Source: Flavobacteriales bacterium (GTDB lineage: Bacteria > Bacteroidota > Bacteroidia > Flavobacteriales_F > PHOS-HE28). From it: DNA of 64,000 nucleotides. Below the pieces are notes generated by a model that saw nothing but the letters and a program-made list of their open reading frames with translations, did not search any database and was not told where the DNA came from. This document shows, piece by piece, positions 20,950-30,739 of this stretch. Every line of letters begins with the position of its first letter. Positions within the stretch are counted from its first letter, which is position 1. The position numbers and the translations under genes were made by a program. The stretch lies in assembly GCA_041391785.1 (NCBI GenBank), contig JAWKNI010000007.1:144556-208555 (forward strand), read 5' to 3'.

Positions 20950-21231
20950 ATGCCGGTCCCCCTCATCTTCGATATCAGTGGTGGCGAATTCATCGTCGTC
21001 CTTCTCTTCGTGCTGCTCTTCTTCGGGGCGAAGGGAATCCCGGACATCGCACGTTCCATGGGGCGTGCATTGCGGCAGGTGCGCGATGCGAGCAACGAAG
21101 TGCAGCGCGAGATCAATAAGGGCGCGCACGAGGTGAGACGGTCCATGGAGGAGCAGCGGCGCACTCTCGAGTCCCGTCCGACCACTCCTCCTGTAGCGCC
21201 CCCACCGCCGCCTTCCGACACCAGGGAGTGA
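20950..21231 (+). CDS. tatA: Twin-arginine translocase subunit TatA/E family (93 aa).
   Basis: GEFIVVLLFVLLFFGAKGIPDIARSMGRALRQV is a TM plus amphipathic helix. Pro-rich tail. ATG at 20950 (the track M1 at 20926 is TTG). Confidence 0.75.
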   Translation: MPVPLIFDISGGEFIVVLLFVLLFFGAKGIPDIARSMGRALRQVRDASNEVQREINKGAHEVRRSMEEQRRTLESRPTTPPVAPPPPPSDTRE

Positions 21232-21409
21232 ATCGTCCCCTTCAGTGTGGATCCTGGTCCTGGCTTGCCCTGAAGCTGGGGCTGGACCTTGTTCAAATAT
21301 TTTTCCTGACGGGTGCATTCCGGGGGGGGTGTTCAAAGAAAAACCACCATTTTACATCAACGCCCCCCTTCGCTGATATACCTTCGCGCCAGAAAATACC
21401 CAAAGATCC

Positions 21410-23602
21410 ATGGTCACCCCCCGAATTCGCGCAAAGGCACTGGAGGAAGTGCTTGGCCGGCAACCGAAGTTCACCGAAACACCCGGCCAGAAGATCTCCG
21501 ATTACTTCGGTGCGAACGTGTTCAACGATGATGCCATGCGCATGTTCCTCACCGAGGAGGCATGGTACGCCGTACGCCAGGCAAGCCTGCATGGCCATCG
21601 TATCGATCGCAAGTTGGCGGACCAGGTGGCCAGTGGCATGAAGGAATGGGCCGCGTCCAAAGGCGCCACCCATTACACGCACTGGTTCCAGCCGCTTACC
21701 GGACTGAGTGCCGAAAAGCACGACGCTTTCTTCGAACCGATCGGTGGCGGGCGAAGCATCGAGCGGTTCGACGGTGGATTGCTCGTGCAGCAGGAACCTG
21801 ATGCCAGCAGCTTCCCGAACGGAGGGATACGCAACACCTTCGAGGCGCGCGGCTACACCGCCTGGGACCCGAGCAGCCCCGCGTTCGTGATCGGCCGTAC
21901 GCTGTGCATCCCAACCATCTTCATCAGCTACACGGGTGAGGCACTGGATTACAAGATGCCGTTGCTCCGTGCCATCCACGCCGTCGATCGGGCCGCGACG
22001 GAGGTCTGTCAGTACTTCGACAAGGATGTGACGAAGGTGAATGCCACGTTGGGCTGGGAGCAGGAGTATTTCCTCATCGACAAGGCCCATTACTTCGCCC
22101 GTCCGGACATCATGATGAGCGGTCGCGCCCTCTTCGGGCATCTGCCCGCCAAGGGCCAGCAGCTGGAGGACCATTACTTCGGCAGCATCCCGGACCGCGT
22201 GCGTGCCTTCATGCGCGATTTCGAAACAGAGGCACTCATGCTGGGTATTCCCGTGAAGACCCGGCACAACGAAGTGGCCCCCAACCAGTTCGAATGTGCG
22301 CCGGTCTTCGAAGAGCTGAACCTGGCCGTGGACCACAACGTGCTGCTCATGGATGTGATGGAGAAGACCGCTCAGAAGCACGACTTCAGGGTGCTGCTGC
22401 ACGAGAAGCCTTATGCCGGAGTGAACGGTAGTGGCAAGCACAACAACTGGAGCCTGGCCACCAACACCGGAAGGAACCTGCTCCGGCCGGCCAAGACCCC
22501 GAAGGAGAACCTGCAATTCCTCACGTTCTTCGTCAACACGATCAAGGCCATACACACCCATGCCGATGTGCTGCGGGCCAGCATCGCCAGCGCCGGCAAC
22601 GATCACCGGTTGGGGGCCAACGAGGCGCCGCCCGCCATCATCTCGGTCTTCATCGGTGAGCACCTCAGCCAATTGCTGGACGGATTGGAGAAGAACATCA
22701 AGGGTGCCATGACGCCGGATCGCAAGACCGAGCTCAAACTGGATATCGGGCGCATCCCCTCGGTGATGCTGGACAACACCGATCGCAACCGCACCAGCCC
22801 CTTCGCCTTCACTGGCAACAAGTTCGAGTTCCGTGCGGTGGGCAGCAGCGCCAACTGCGCCGGACCGATGACCGTGTTGAACACCATCGTCGCATCGCAG
22901 CTGCGCGCCTTCAAGAAGGACGTCGATGCGCTCATCGCCAAGGGCATGAAAAAGGATGAGGCGATCCTTAGGGTGTTGCGCGACCTCATCGCCACCAGCA
23001 AGCCGATCCGATTCGAAGGGAACGGATACGGGGAGGAATGGGTGAAGGAGGCAGGGAAGCGTGGCTTGAGCAACATCAAGGATACCCCACGTGCACTCGA
23101 TGTTTGGGCAAGACCGGATACGGCCGCACTCTTCGCGGAGATGGAGGTGATGAGCCCGGTGGAGACCGAGGCCCGGCACGAGATCATGTTGCACAACTAC
23201 ACGCTGAAGATCCAGATCGAGAGCCGTGTGGCCGGTGACCTGGCGCAGAACCATGTGATCCCCACGGCCATCACCTACCAGAACCGCCTCATCGAGAATG
23301 TCCGCGGATTGCGCGATGTACTGTCCAAGGGAAAGGCCGACCTTGCCACTTCCACCCAGGTCGCCCTGATCGAGGAGATGAGCGAGCACATCGCGGCCAT
23401 CAAGGTCGCTGTGGATGCCATGATCGAGGCGCGGAAACAGGCCAACACCATCGAGGATGTAAGGGAGAAGGCCATCGCGTATTGCGACAAGGTGAGGCCG
23501 TATTTGGAACGCCTGCGCTACCACTCGGACAAACTGGAACTGCTCGTGGATGATGAGCTATGGCCCCTTCCCAAGATGCGGGAGCTGCTCTACACCCGTT
23601 GA
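21410..23602 (+). CDS. glnA: Glutamine synthetase type III (730 aa).
   Basis: The N-terminus aligns with Bacteroides GSIII (...ISDYFGANVFNDDAMRMFLTEEAWYAVRQ...ATHYTHWFQPLTG...). Length is typical for GSIII. Confidence 0.9.
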   Translation: MVTPRIRAKALEEVLGRQPKFTETPGQKISDYFGANVFNDDAMRMFLTEEAWYAVRQASLHGHRIDRKLADQVASGMKEWAASKGATHYTHWFQPLTGLSAEKHDAFFEPIGGGRSIERFDGGLLVQQEPDASSFPNGGIRNTFEARGYTAWDPSSPAFVIGRTLCIPTIFISYTGEALDYKMPLLRAIHAVDRAATEVCQYFDKDVTKVNATLGWEQEYFLIDKAHYFARPDIMMSGRALFGHLPAKGQQLEDHYFGSIPDRVRAFMRDFETEALMLGIPVKTRHNEVAPNQFECAPVFEELNLAVDHNVLLMDVMEKTAQKHDFRVLLHEKPYAGVNGSGKHNNWSLATNTGRNLLRPAKTPKENLQFLTFFVNTIKAIHTHADVLRASIASAGNDHRLGANEAPPAIISVFIGEHLSQLLDGLEKNIKGAMTPDRKTELKLDIGRIPSVMLDNTDRNRTSPFAFTGNKFEFRAVGSSANCAGPMTVLNTIVASQLRAFKKDVDALIAKGMKKDEAILRVLRDLIATSKPIRFEGNGYGEEWVKEAGKRGLSNIKDTPRALDVWARPDTAALFAEMEVMSPVETEARHEIMLHNYTLKIQIESRVAGDLAQNHVIPTAITYQNRLIENVRGLRDVLSKGKADLATSTQVALIEEMSEHIAAIKVAVDAMIEARKQANTIEDVREKAIAYCDKVRPYLERLRYHSDKLELLVDDELWPLPKMRELLYTR

Positions 23603-23624
23603 TATCAGTGGGATGTACTGCTGC

Positions 23625-23660
23625 GGAGGAGGGGCCTTGAACCCCTCCTCCCTTTTATTT
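23625..23660 (+). terminator. Intrinsic terminator after glnA.
   Basis: 10-bp stem ggaggagggg/cccctcctcc, loop ccttgaa, then ttttattt. Confidence 0.65.
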
Positions 23661-23740
23661 CCGGGGGCTGTTGGGCAATGATGGATCTGCTTATCTTCGC
23701 CCGGACCTCAAAAAGAACGGACCATTTTCATCACCACCAG

Positions 23741-25750
23741 ATGACGATACGGAAGATCCTGGCCTCCCTCTCATTGGCCCTGCTGTGCACCACCAGCGCC
23801 ATGGCGCAAAGCAAATTGGCCGAGGAGGCCGATGAGGCGTTCAACAAGGGGTTCTATTTCAATGCGATAGAACTGTACAAGAAGGCCTACACCGTGGAGA
23901 AGAAGGCCAGCGACAAGGCTGCGCTCATCTTCAAGGTGGCCGAGAGCTATCGGGCTCTGGGCGATCCCCAGCAGAGCGAGGTGTGGTACGACAAGGCCAA
24001 CAAGGCCCAGTACACCGATCCGATAACCTACTACTGGATCGGAGAAGCATTGAAGCAGCAGGGCAAGTACCCCGAGGCGATCGCGGCCTACAACCGTTAC
24101 AAGGAGAAGAAACCCGGGGATGCCCGCGCCGATGCGAGCATCGCTGCCTGCCAGATGGCCCAGAAGTGGAAGGACAGCCCCACCCGCTACAGCGTGGACC
24201 CTGAAGTGCTGCTGAACACACCGGAGTATGAGTTCACGCCGGCCTTCGCGGACAAGAAGAACGAAAGTATCGTCTTCACCAGCACCCGCTCCGGCGCCAG
24301 CGGAACGGAAACGGACCAGATCATCGGTACTTCGTTCAGCGATCTCTTCGCCAGCACCCGTGACCGGTTGGGCAAGTGGAGCGAGCCGGTGAAACTGCCC
24401 ACGGAATTGAACACGTTCGGGAATGAGGGCGCGCCCATCTTCAACAGCAAGCGCAACCTGATGTACTTCACGCGTTGCCCGATGGAAAAGAAGAAGGTCT
24501 ATGGGTGCGACATCTGGGTGAGCAAGAAAGTGGGCAACAATTACAGTGCACCGGAAATGCTGGCCCTGAAGCCGAATGCAGGCAAGGATGATACCCTGAC
24601 CGTGGGTCATCCGGCGCTTTCCCCGAACGACGATGTGCTGGTCTTCGCCAGTGACATGAAACTGCCCGGCAGCAAGGGCGGCAAGGACCTGTATTATGTG
24701 AAACTGGACAAGGACGGCAAGCCGGTCGGCTCACCCGTGAACCTGGGGGCGGAGATCAACACCTCCAAGGATGAGCTGTTCCCATTCATCCGGCAGGATG
24801 GCAGCCTCTACTACTCCACCACGGGCCTTGCCGGCATGGGTGGCATGGACATGTTCCGAGCGGAAAAGTCCGGCGACAACTCCTGGACCGCTCCGGATAA
24901 CCTGAAAGCACCGTTGAACAGCGCTTCGGATGATTTCGGGATCATCTTCGATGGTGAGAACGACCGAGGGTTCTTCACCAGCAACCGCCCCGGTGGCAAG
25001 GGACAGGATGACATCTGGCGCTTCTTCATGCCGGACATGGAGTTCGCATTGCAAGGGACCGCTTATGACAAGTCGACCGGACAGCCGCTTTCCGGTGCGA
25101 AGATCTCGGTGGTCGGCACCAATGGAAGCAATTTCAGCGCCCTCACCGACGACAATGGCGGCTTCAGTTTTGCGGAGAACGGTAATGACCGGTACATCAA
25201 GGAGAACACCAGCTACAGCATCCTTGCAGAGAAAGAGGGCTACCTCGTGGTGAAGGATCAGGTGACCACTGTGGGCCTGAACGAAAGCACGACTTTCGTG
25301 AAGGAGTACTTCCTGCAACCGGCGAACAAGGATGTGACGATCAAGCTGCCTGAAGTTCAATATGACCTGGGCAAGTATGCGTTGCGTGAGGAAGGCAAGG
25401 ACTCCCTGGAGACCCTCTATCAGACGCTCATCGACAACCCCACGATCGTGATCGAGCTTTCCGCACACACGGACTCACGGGACAGCGATGCCCGCAACAT
25501 GGTGCTTTCACAGAACCGTGCACAGAGCTGCGTGAACTACCTGGTGACCAAGGGTATCGATCCTGCGCGGATGGTGCCCAAAGGTTATGGCGAGTCGAAA
25601 CTGCGGATCACGGACGCCCAGATCAAGGCCATGAAAACGAAAGAGGAGCAGGAGGCCGCGCACCAGCAGAACCGACGCACCGAGTTCCGCGTGCTCAGCT
25701 GGGACTATGTGCCGAAGGAAGGAGGTGGAGAACCGACCCCGAACAATTAG
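23741..25750 (+). CDS. OmpA-family outer-membrane/periplasmic protein. Signal peptide, TPR repeats, TolB-like beta-propeller, carboxypeptidase-regulatory-like domain, and a C-terminal OmpA domain.
   Basis: MTIRKILASLSLALLCTTSAMAQ is a signal peptide (ATG at 23741). TPR-like motifs (YFNAIELYKKAY, WYWIGEALKQQGKYPEAIAAY). C-terminal OmpA motif (IELSAHTDSRDSDARNMVLSQNRAQSCVNYLVTKGI...NRRTEFRVL). Confidence 0.8.
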   Translation: MTIRKILASLSLALLCTTSAMAQSKLAEEADEAFNKGFYFNAIELYKKAYTVEKKASDKAALIFKVAESYRALGDPQQSEVWYDKANKAQYTDPITYYWIGEALKQQGKYPEAIAAYNRYKEKKPGDARADASIAACQMAQKWKDSPTRYSVDPEVLLNTPEYEFTPAFADKKNESIVFTSTRSGASGTETDQIIGTSFSDLFASTRDRLGKWSEPVKLPTELNTFGNEGAPIFNSKRNLMYFTRCPMEKKKVYGCDIWVSKKVGNNYSAPEMLALKPNAGKDDTLTVGHPALSPNDDVLVFASDMKLPGSKGGKDLYYVKLDKDGKPVGSPVNLGAEINTSKDELFPFIRQDGSLYYSTTGLAGMGGMDMFRAEKSGDNSWTAPDNLKAPLNSASDDFGIIFDGENDRGFFTSNRPGGKGQDDIWRFFMPDMEFALQGTAYDKSTGQPLSGAKISVVGTNGSNFSALTDDNGGFSFAENGNDRYIKENTSYSILAEKEGYLVVKDQVTTVGLNESTTFVKEYFLQPANKDVTIKLPEVQYDLGKYALREEGKDSLETLYQTLIDNPTIVIELSAHTDSRDSDARNMVLSQNRAQSCVNYLVTKGIDPARMVPKGYGESKLRITDAQIKAMKTKEEQEAAHQQNRRTEFRVLSWDYVPKEGGGEPTPNN

Positions 25751-25810
25751 CCTCGACTTGAACGGAAGAGCATCCATCCCTGCGGTGGGTGCTCTTTCCA
25801 TTTCGTACCG

Positions 25811-26983
25811 ATGAGCTCCGATCGTTACACGCAGCGCGGTGTGTCCTCTGGCAAGGAGGACGTCCACAATGCCATAGCAGGTATCGATAAAGGCCTTTAC
25901 CCGAAGGCGTTCTGCAAGATCGTACCAGATGGACTGACCGGAAGCCCGGAGCATTGCCTGGTGATGCACGCCGATGGTGCCGGTACCAAGAGCGCGCTGG
26001 CCTATGCCTACTGGAAACGGACCGGTGACATCAGCGTGTGGCATGGCATTGCACAGGATGCCATCGTCATGAATCTGGACGATCTGTTGTGCGTCGGTGC
26101 AGTGGACAGGATCCTGCTGAGCAGCACGATCGGTCGGAACAAGCGCCTCATTCCAGGTGAAGTGGTCGCTGCCTTGATCGAGGGAACGGAGGTCTTCCTG
26201 GAGCGCATGCGCGGGCTTGGCATCGGCATCCGCAGCACGGGTGGTGAGACCGCCGATGTAGGTGATCTTGTGCGGACCGTGATCGTGGACAGCACGGTCG
26301 TTTGCCGTATGCGGCGGGACGAAGTGATCGACAACGCCCGCATCGCCGCCGGGGACGTGATCGTGGCCCTTGCCAGTGATGGACAGGCTTCCTACGAAGA
26401 GGGCTATAATGCGGGCATGGGTAGCAATGGCCTCACCAGTGCACGGCATGATGTCTTCGCGCGGTCGCTGGCCTCGGAGTTTCCGGAGACCTACGATCAC
26501 GGAACACCACACGATCTGGTCTACAGCGGCCAGGCCGACCTTACCGACCCGCTGGAAGGAACGCCGGTGGACATGGGAAAGGCGGTGCTATCACCCACCC
26601 GGACCTATGCGCCCGTGGTGCGTGAGGTGTTGCGGCACCTGCGCAAGGAGATCCATGGCATGGTGCATTGCAGTGGCGGAGGCCAGACCAAGGTGCTGCA
26701 CTTCATCGACAAGTTGCGGATCGTCAAGGATAGCTTGCTTCCCGTTCCTCCATTGTTCCGGGCCATTCATCGCATGAGCGGCACCGATCCACAGGAGATG
26801 TACCGCGTTTTCAACATGGGGCATCGGTTGGAGTTCTATGTTCCTTCGGCCGTGGCGCCTGAGATCATTGCCATTGCAGCGTCCTTCGGGATCACTGGAC
26901 AGGTCGTTGGAAGGGTCGAGGATGCCCCGCGGAAGGAAGTGACGATCACCAGTGAACTCGGTTCCTTCACGTATTCAGCCTGA
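25811..26983 (+). CDS. AIR synthase-related (PurM-like superfamily) protein.
   Basis: PurM-like N- and C-domains (DGAGTKS...; GGGQTKVLHF). 390 aa. Matches the Bacteroidota 'AIR synthase related protein' family. Confidence 0.65.
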   Translation: MSSDRYTQRGVSSGKEDVHNAIAGIDKGLYPKAFCKIVPDGLTGSPEHCLVMHADGAGTKSALAYAYWKRTGDISVWHGIAQDAIVMNLDDLLCVGAVDRILLSSTIGRNKRLIPGEVVAALIEGTEVFLERMRGLGIGIRSTGGETADVGDLVRTVIVDSTVVCRMRRDEVIDNARIAAGDVIVALASDGQASYEEGYNAGMGSNGLTSARHDVFARSLASEFPETYDHGTPHDLVYSGQADLTDPLEGTPVDMGKAVLSPTRTYAPVVREVLRHLRKEIHGMVHCSGGGQTKVLHFIDKLRIVKDSLLPVPPLFRAIHRMSGTDPQEMYRVFNMGHRLEFYVPSAVAPEIIAIAASFGITGQVVGRVEDAPRKEVTITSELGSFTYSA

Positions 26984-26998
26984 CCGGAGATCCCCCGC

Positions 26999-28081
26999 AT
27001 GAGCGACCTGCTTTCGAAGCTATCGAGCCTTCACGACCGCCGCGAGGAGATCGGGAAGCAACTCGCGGACCCTAGCGTCATCGCCGATCGTCAGCGTTTC
27101 GTGGAGCTGAACCGCAGCTACCGCGACCTGGAGCCGGTCACCGCTGTCTTCCAACGTTACAAGCGTATGCACGACGATCTGGCGGGGGCGGAGGAGCTCC
27201 TTCGCCACGAAAAGGATCAGGAGATGTTGGCGATGGCCCGGGCCGAGCGGGAGGAATTACGGATCGCTATTGAAGCGATGGATGAGGAAGTGCGGATGAT
27301 GCTGGTGCCGAAGGACCCGAACGATGAACGCAACTGCACAATGGAGGTCAGGGCCGGTACCGGTGGGGATGAGGCCAGCCTCTTCGCAGGTGACCTGTAT
27401 CGCATGTACGCCCGATATTGTGAGGGGCGCGGATGGCGGATCGAAGTGGCCGATGTGAGCGAAGGCACCGCTGGTGGGTACAAGGAGGTCGTGTTCAATG
27501 TGATCGGGCAGGGAGCCTATGGGGTACTGAAGTTCGAGGCGGGGGTGCATCGGGTGCAGCGCGTGCCCGCGACCGAGGCCAGCGGAAGGATCCACACCAG
27601 CGCCGCCACGGTCACCGTGCTGCCCGAAGCCGAGGAATTCGATGTGGAGATCCGCGAGGCCGACGTGAAGATGGAGACCGCACGCAGTGGTGGTGCAGGT
27701 GGCCAGAACGTGAACAAGGTGGAGACCAAGGTCCGCCTGACGCACATCCCGACCGGAACGGTGGTGATGTGCCAGACCGAGCGCAGCCAGCTGGCGAACC
27801 GGTTGAAGGCCATGCAGATGCTACGGAACAAGTTGTACGAGGAAAAGGTGCACGCGGAACAGGTGGCCATGAGCGCACACCGCAAGAGCCAGGTGAGCAG
27901 TGGGGACAGAAGTGCCAAGATCAGGACCTACAACTTCCCGCAGAGCCGGGTGACCGACCACCGCATCGAGTTGACCGTTCATAACCTGAGCGAGGTGCTC
28001 AACGGCGATCTTCAGGAGATCATCGAAGCCCTGCAATTGGCCGATCGGACGGAGAAACTGCGGGAGGAAGCCGGGGTCTGA
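26999..28081 (+). CDS. prfA: Peptide chain release factor 1.
   Basis: GGQ motif ([25 protein letters not shown]). PAT tripeptide ([17 protein letters not shown]). Confidence 0.9.
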   Translation: MSDLLSKLSSLHDRREEIGKQLADPSVIADRQRFVELNRSYRDLEPVTAVFQRYKRMHDDLAGAEELLRHEKDQEMLAMARAEREELRIAIEAMDEEVRMMLVPKDPNDERNCTMEVRAGTGGDEASLFAGDLYRMYARYCEGRGWRIEVADVSEGTAGGYKEVVFNVIGQGAYGVLKFEAGVHRVQRVPATEASGRIHTSAATVTVLPEAEEFDVEIREADVKMETARSGGAGGQNVNKVETKVRLTHIPTGTVVMCQTERSQLANRLKAMQMLRNKLYEEKVHAEQVAMSAHRKSQVSSGDRSAKIRTYNFPQSRVTDHRIELTVHNLSEVLNGDLQEIIEALQLADRTEKLREEAGV

Positions 28082-28163
28082 GCGGCCCGGTCCGTATGGG
28101 CCCGCTGATGCACCTTACCGCTCGCAAAGGACGTGTACAGAACTCTTTTGACCTTTGCCGCCG

Positions 28164-29006
28164 ATGACACGCAACGAACTGATCGCGACCATTCGCAACA
28201 AGGAGAGCCTGCTGTGCGTCGGCCTGGATACCGAGCCGCACCTCGTTCCCGAGCACTTCCGCCAGGAGAGCCATCCCGTGCGGGCCTTCAATGAGGCTAT
28301 CGTGGAGGTGACGCACGACCTGGCGGTGGCCTATAAGCTGAACCTGGCCTTCTACGAGGCGCTCGGCGATGGCGGATGGGCGGACCTGGAGGCCACGATC
28401 GCATACATCCGGAGCAAAGGAGATTCCTTCATCATCGCGGATGCCAAACGCGGGGACATCGGGAACACCGCCCGGAAATATGCGGAGGCTTTTTTCGATG
28501 GACTTGACATGGATGCGGTCACGGTCGCGCCATACATGGGTCGGGACAGTGTGACACCCTTCTTGGGGAGGCCGGGCAAATGGGCCGTGGTCCTGGGGGT
28601 GACCAGCAACGAAGGTGCGCTCGACTTCCAATACCTGAAGGTGAATGGAGAACGCCCCCTTTACGAGACCGTCATGCGGAAAGTATCCGCTTGGGGAACA
28701 TCTGAGGACACGATGTTCGTGGTCGGCGGCACACGCGCGGATGTGCTCGAACACGCTCGTTCCATATTGCCCGATCACTTCTTCCTGGTCCCGGGCATCG
28801 GTGCCCAAGGCGGTGACCTGGACCTGGTCCTGGAAAAGTGCATGACCGCGGAAGGTGGGCTGTTGATCAACAGTTCCCGGGGCATCCTGTTCGCCGGGGA
28901 AGGGAAGGAGGCGATCCCTGCCGCCCGGGCTGCCGCGCTCGACCTGCGATCGGCCATGGCAACAGCCATGCGACGGAAAGGAATTCTCACGGGAGGAATG
29001 GTGTAG
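28164..29006 (+). CDS. pyrF: Orotidine 5'-phosphate decarboxylase (long type-2 form).
   Basis: MTRNELIATIRNKESLLCVGLDTEP... matches PyrF type 2. ATG at 28164 (the track start at 28155 is TTG). Confidence 0.85.
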   Translation: MTRNELIATIRNKESLLCVGLDTEPHLVPEHFRQESHPVRAFNEAIVEVTHDLAVAYKLNLAFYEALGDGGWADLEATIAYIRSKGDSFIIADAKRGDIGNTARKYAEAFFDGLDMDAVTVAPYMGRDSVTPFLGRPGKWAVVLGVTSNEGALDFQYLKVNGERPLYETVMRKVSAWGTSEDTMFVVGGTRADVLEHARSILPDHFFLVPGIGAQGGDLDLVLEKCMTAEGGLLINSSRGILFAGEGKEAIPAARAAALDLRSAMATAMRRKGILTGGMV

Positions 29007-29036
29007 TTCGATCCCGGCCATATCTTATGGGGGGCG

Positions 29037-30458
29037 ATGTTGACGAAGAATCCATCGATCGCCATGGCCGCCATACGTACCAACACTTCTGTACCGTCCA
29101 AAAGGCATCGCGCGACCTACACGGTGGCTCGGGATGAGCGGATCACCAATGCCGATGTGATCCTGGACCCCGCCTTTCCCTATGGCGAGGACCTGCTTCA
29201 ATTCCTGTGGGAGGCGCAATTGTTCGATGGCCGGGACCTGCACACGACCGATGGGCGACCTGTGGCCGTGGTGCGTGCGGGAACGATCCAGCACAACAGT
29301 GGCCCGGACCTGATCGACGCGGCCATCCGACTGGAAGGACAGCTCTGGGCCGGGACCGTGGAAGTGCATTTGAGGGCCAGCGATTGGGACAGGCATGGCC
29401 ACCAGCACGATCCTGCCTACAACAGCGTCATCCTGCATGTGGTGTACCAGCATGACCGCGATGTGCGTACCGTGCGCGGGACCACCCCACCGACCGTTGC
29501 TCTTTCCGGCCGGATCGATCCCCTGCGCGTGGACCTGCATGCCACGCTGATGAAGGAGCGTGACCGTATCCCCTGTAAAGGGATGATACAACGCGCGCTA
29601 CCACCGGACCTTGACGGATGGTTGCACGAACTCATGCTGCAACGGGTGGAGCGGAAGGCTGCCGGAGTGATCGCTGCGTATGATGCATTGGGCAACGACC
29701 CTGCCGAGACGCTGTACTGCTCCCTGCTGCAAGGGTTCGGCCTCAAGGTGAATGCCGAGGCCTTTACCATGCTTGCTCGTTCGCTGCCTTTGCGTGTGCT
29801 GTCCAAATATCGCGATGACCCCATGCGTGTGGAGGCCCTGCTCTTCGGTCAGGCCGGAATGTTGCGTGTGGACCTCATCGATGCATACCCCCGGCTGTTG
29901 CAGCAGGAATATGCCGCGCTTGCAGGGTTGCACGGGCTTCATCCCATACCGACCTCCGTCTGGCGCTTCGCCCGGATGCGCCCCGCCGACCTGCCAACGG
30001 TCCGCATCGCGCAATTCGCCGGGCTTTTCACGGCATTGGATGGAGATCTGGGCGGACTGCTCTCCACCGATGATCCTGACGTACTCCTCGCCCGGTTGGA
30101 TGCCGGTACCTCTGACCATTGGAATACCCACTACGGCTTCGAACATGCTTCAGCGCCACGCGCCAAACGGCTGGGAGCTGCCACCGCAGAGCGCATCATC
30201 GCGAACACGGTCGTTCCTTACCTCTACGCCATGGGCCTCGTGCGTGCGGACGCTCTGCTCAAGGCGAAGGCACTGCGGTTGCTGGAGCGACTTCCGCCGG
30301 AAAGGAATGCCATCACCGCCGAATGGGAATCCTTGGGGGTAGCGCAGCGCCACGCCGGACAAAGCCAGGCGTTGATCGAATTGAGGAATCTGCACTGTGG
30401 GCAACGTGCTTGCTTATCTTGCGTCATCGGAATGGAACTGCTACGGTCCCCGAAATGA
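29037..30458 (+). CDS. DUF2851 family protein. Start uncertain: ATG 29037 or 29064, or GTG 29157.
   Basis: LQFLWEAQLFDGRDLHTTDGRPVAVVRAG...DWDRHGHQHDPAYNSVILHVV matches DUF2851, which commonly follows pyrF in Bacteroidota. About 40 extra N-terminal residues compared with typical members. Confidence 0.7.
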   Translation: MLTKNPSIAMAAIRTNTSVPSKRHRATYTVARDERITNADVILDPAFPYGEDLLQFLWEAQLFDGRDLHTTDGRPVAVVRAGTIQHNSGPDLIDAAIRLEGQLWAGTVEVHLRASDWDRHGHQHDPAYNSVILHVVYQHDRDVRTVRGTTPPTVALSGRIDPLRVDLHATLMKERDRIPCKGMIQRALPPDLDGWLHELMLQRVERKAAGVIAAYDALGNDPAETLYCSLLQGFGLKVNAEAFTMLARSLPLRVLSKYRDDPMRVEALLFGQAGMLRVDLIDAYPRLLQQEYAALAGLHGLHPIPTSVWRFARMRPADLPTVRIAQFAGLFTALDGDLGGLLSTDDPDVLLARLDAGTSDHWNTHYGFEHASAPRAKRLGAATAERIIANTVVPYLYAMGLVRADALLKAKALRLLERLPPERNAITAEWESLGVAQRHAGQSQALIELRNLHCGQRACLSCVIGMELLRSPK

Positions 30459-30685
30459 TCGAACGAACAAAGACGATCGTTGAGCGCCGCGTCTTCGGCG
30501 TGTGCCATTGGTGGGGGCAGAAGCTCAACATCAAGACGGAGCAGGTCCGCTTGTCCTTCATCTACCTCAGCTTCATCACCGCCGGGGCGAACCTCGTGGT
30601 CTACCTGATCATGGCGTTCATCCTACAGCACAAGGAGCGCATCAAGCGCCCGTTCGCGCGGAGGAGCTCGGTCTGGGAATTGTGA
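30455..30685 (+). CDS. PspC-domain membrane protein (76 aa).
   Basis: ERRVFGVCHWWGQKLNIKTEQVRLSFIYLSFITAGANLVVYLIMAFIL is a PspC domain. ATGA overlap with the DUF2851 stop. Confidence 0.65.
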   Translation: MIERTKTIVERRVFGVCHWWGQKLNIKTEQVRLSFIYLSFITAGANLVVYLIMAFILQHKERIKRPFARRSSVWEL

Positions 30686-30739
30686 CGCCCGGTCACTTGG
30701 CAAGCCCGGTGCACCGTAGTCCGGTTAGTTTAGCCGCCC

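Noticed and set aside
21293-23524. 743-aa ORF antisense to glnA
   Set aside because: A shadow ORF expected in 60%-GC DNA opposite a well-supported GSIII gene. Its translation is low-complexity and Arg/Gly/Ala-rich with no domain signature.
30119-30454. Upstream part of the 188-aa ORF containing the PspC domain
   Set aside because: It overlaps the DUF2851 C-terminus in another frame. Only the segment from ATG 30455 matches PspC.
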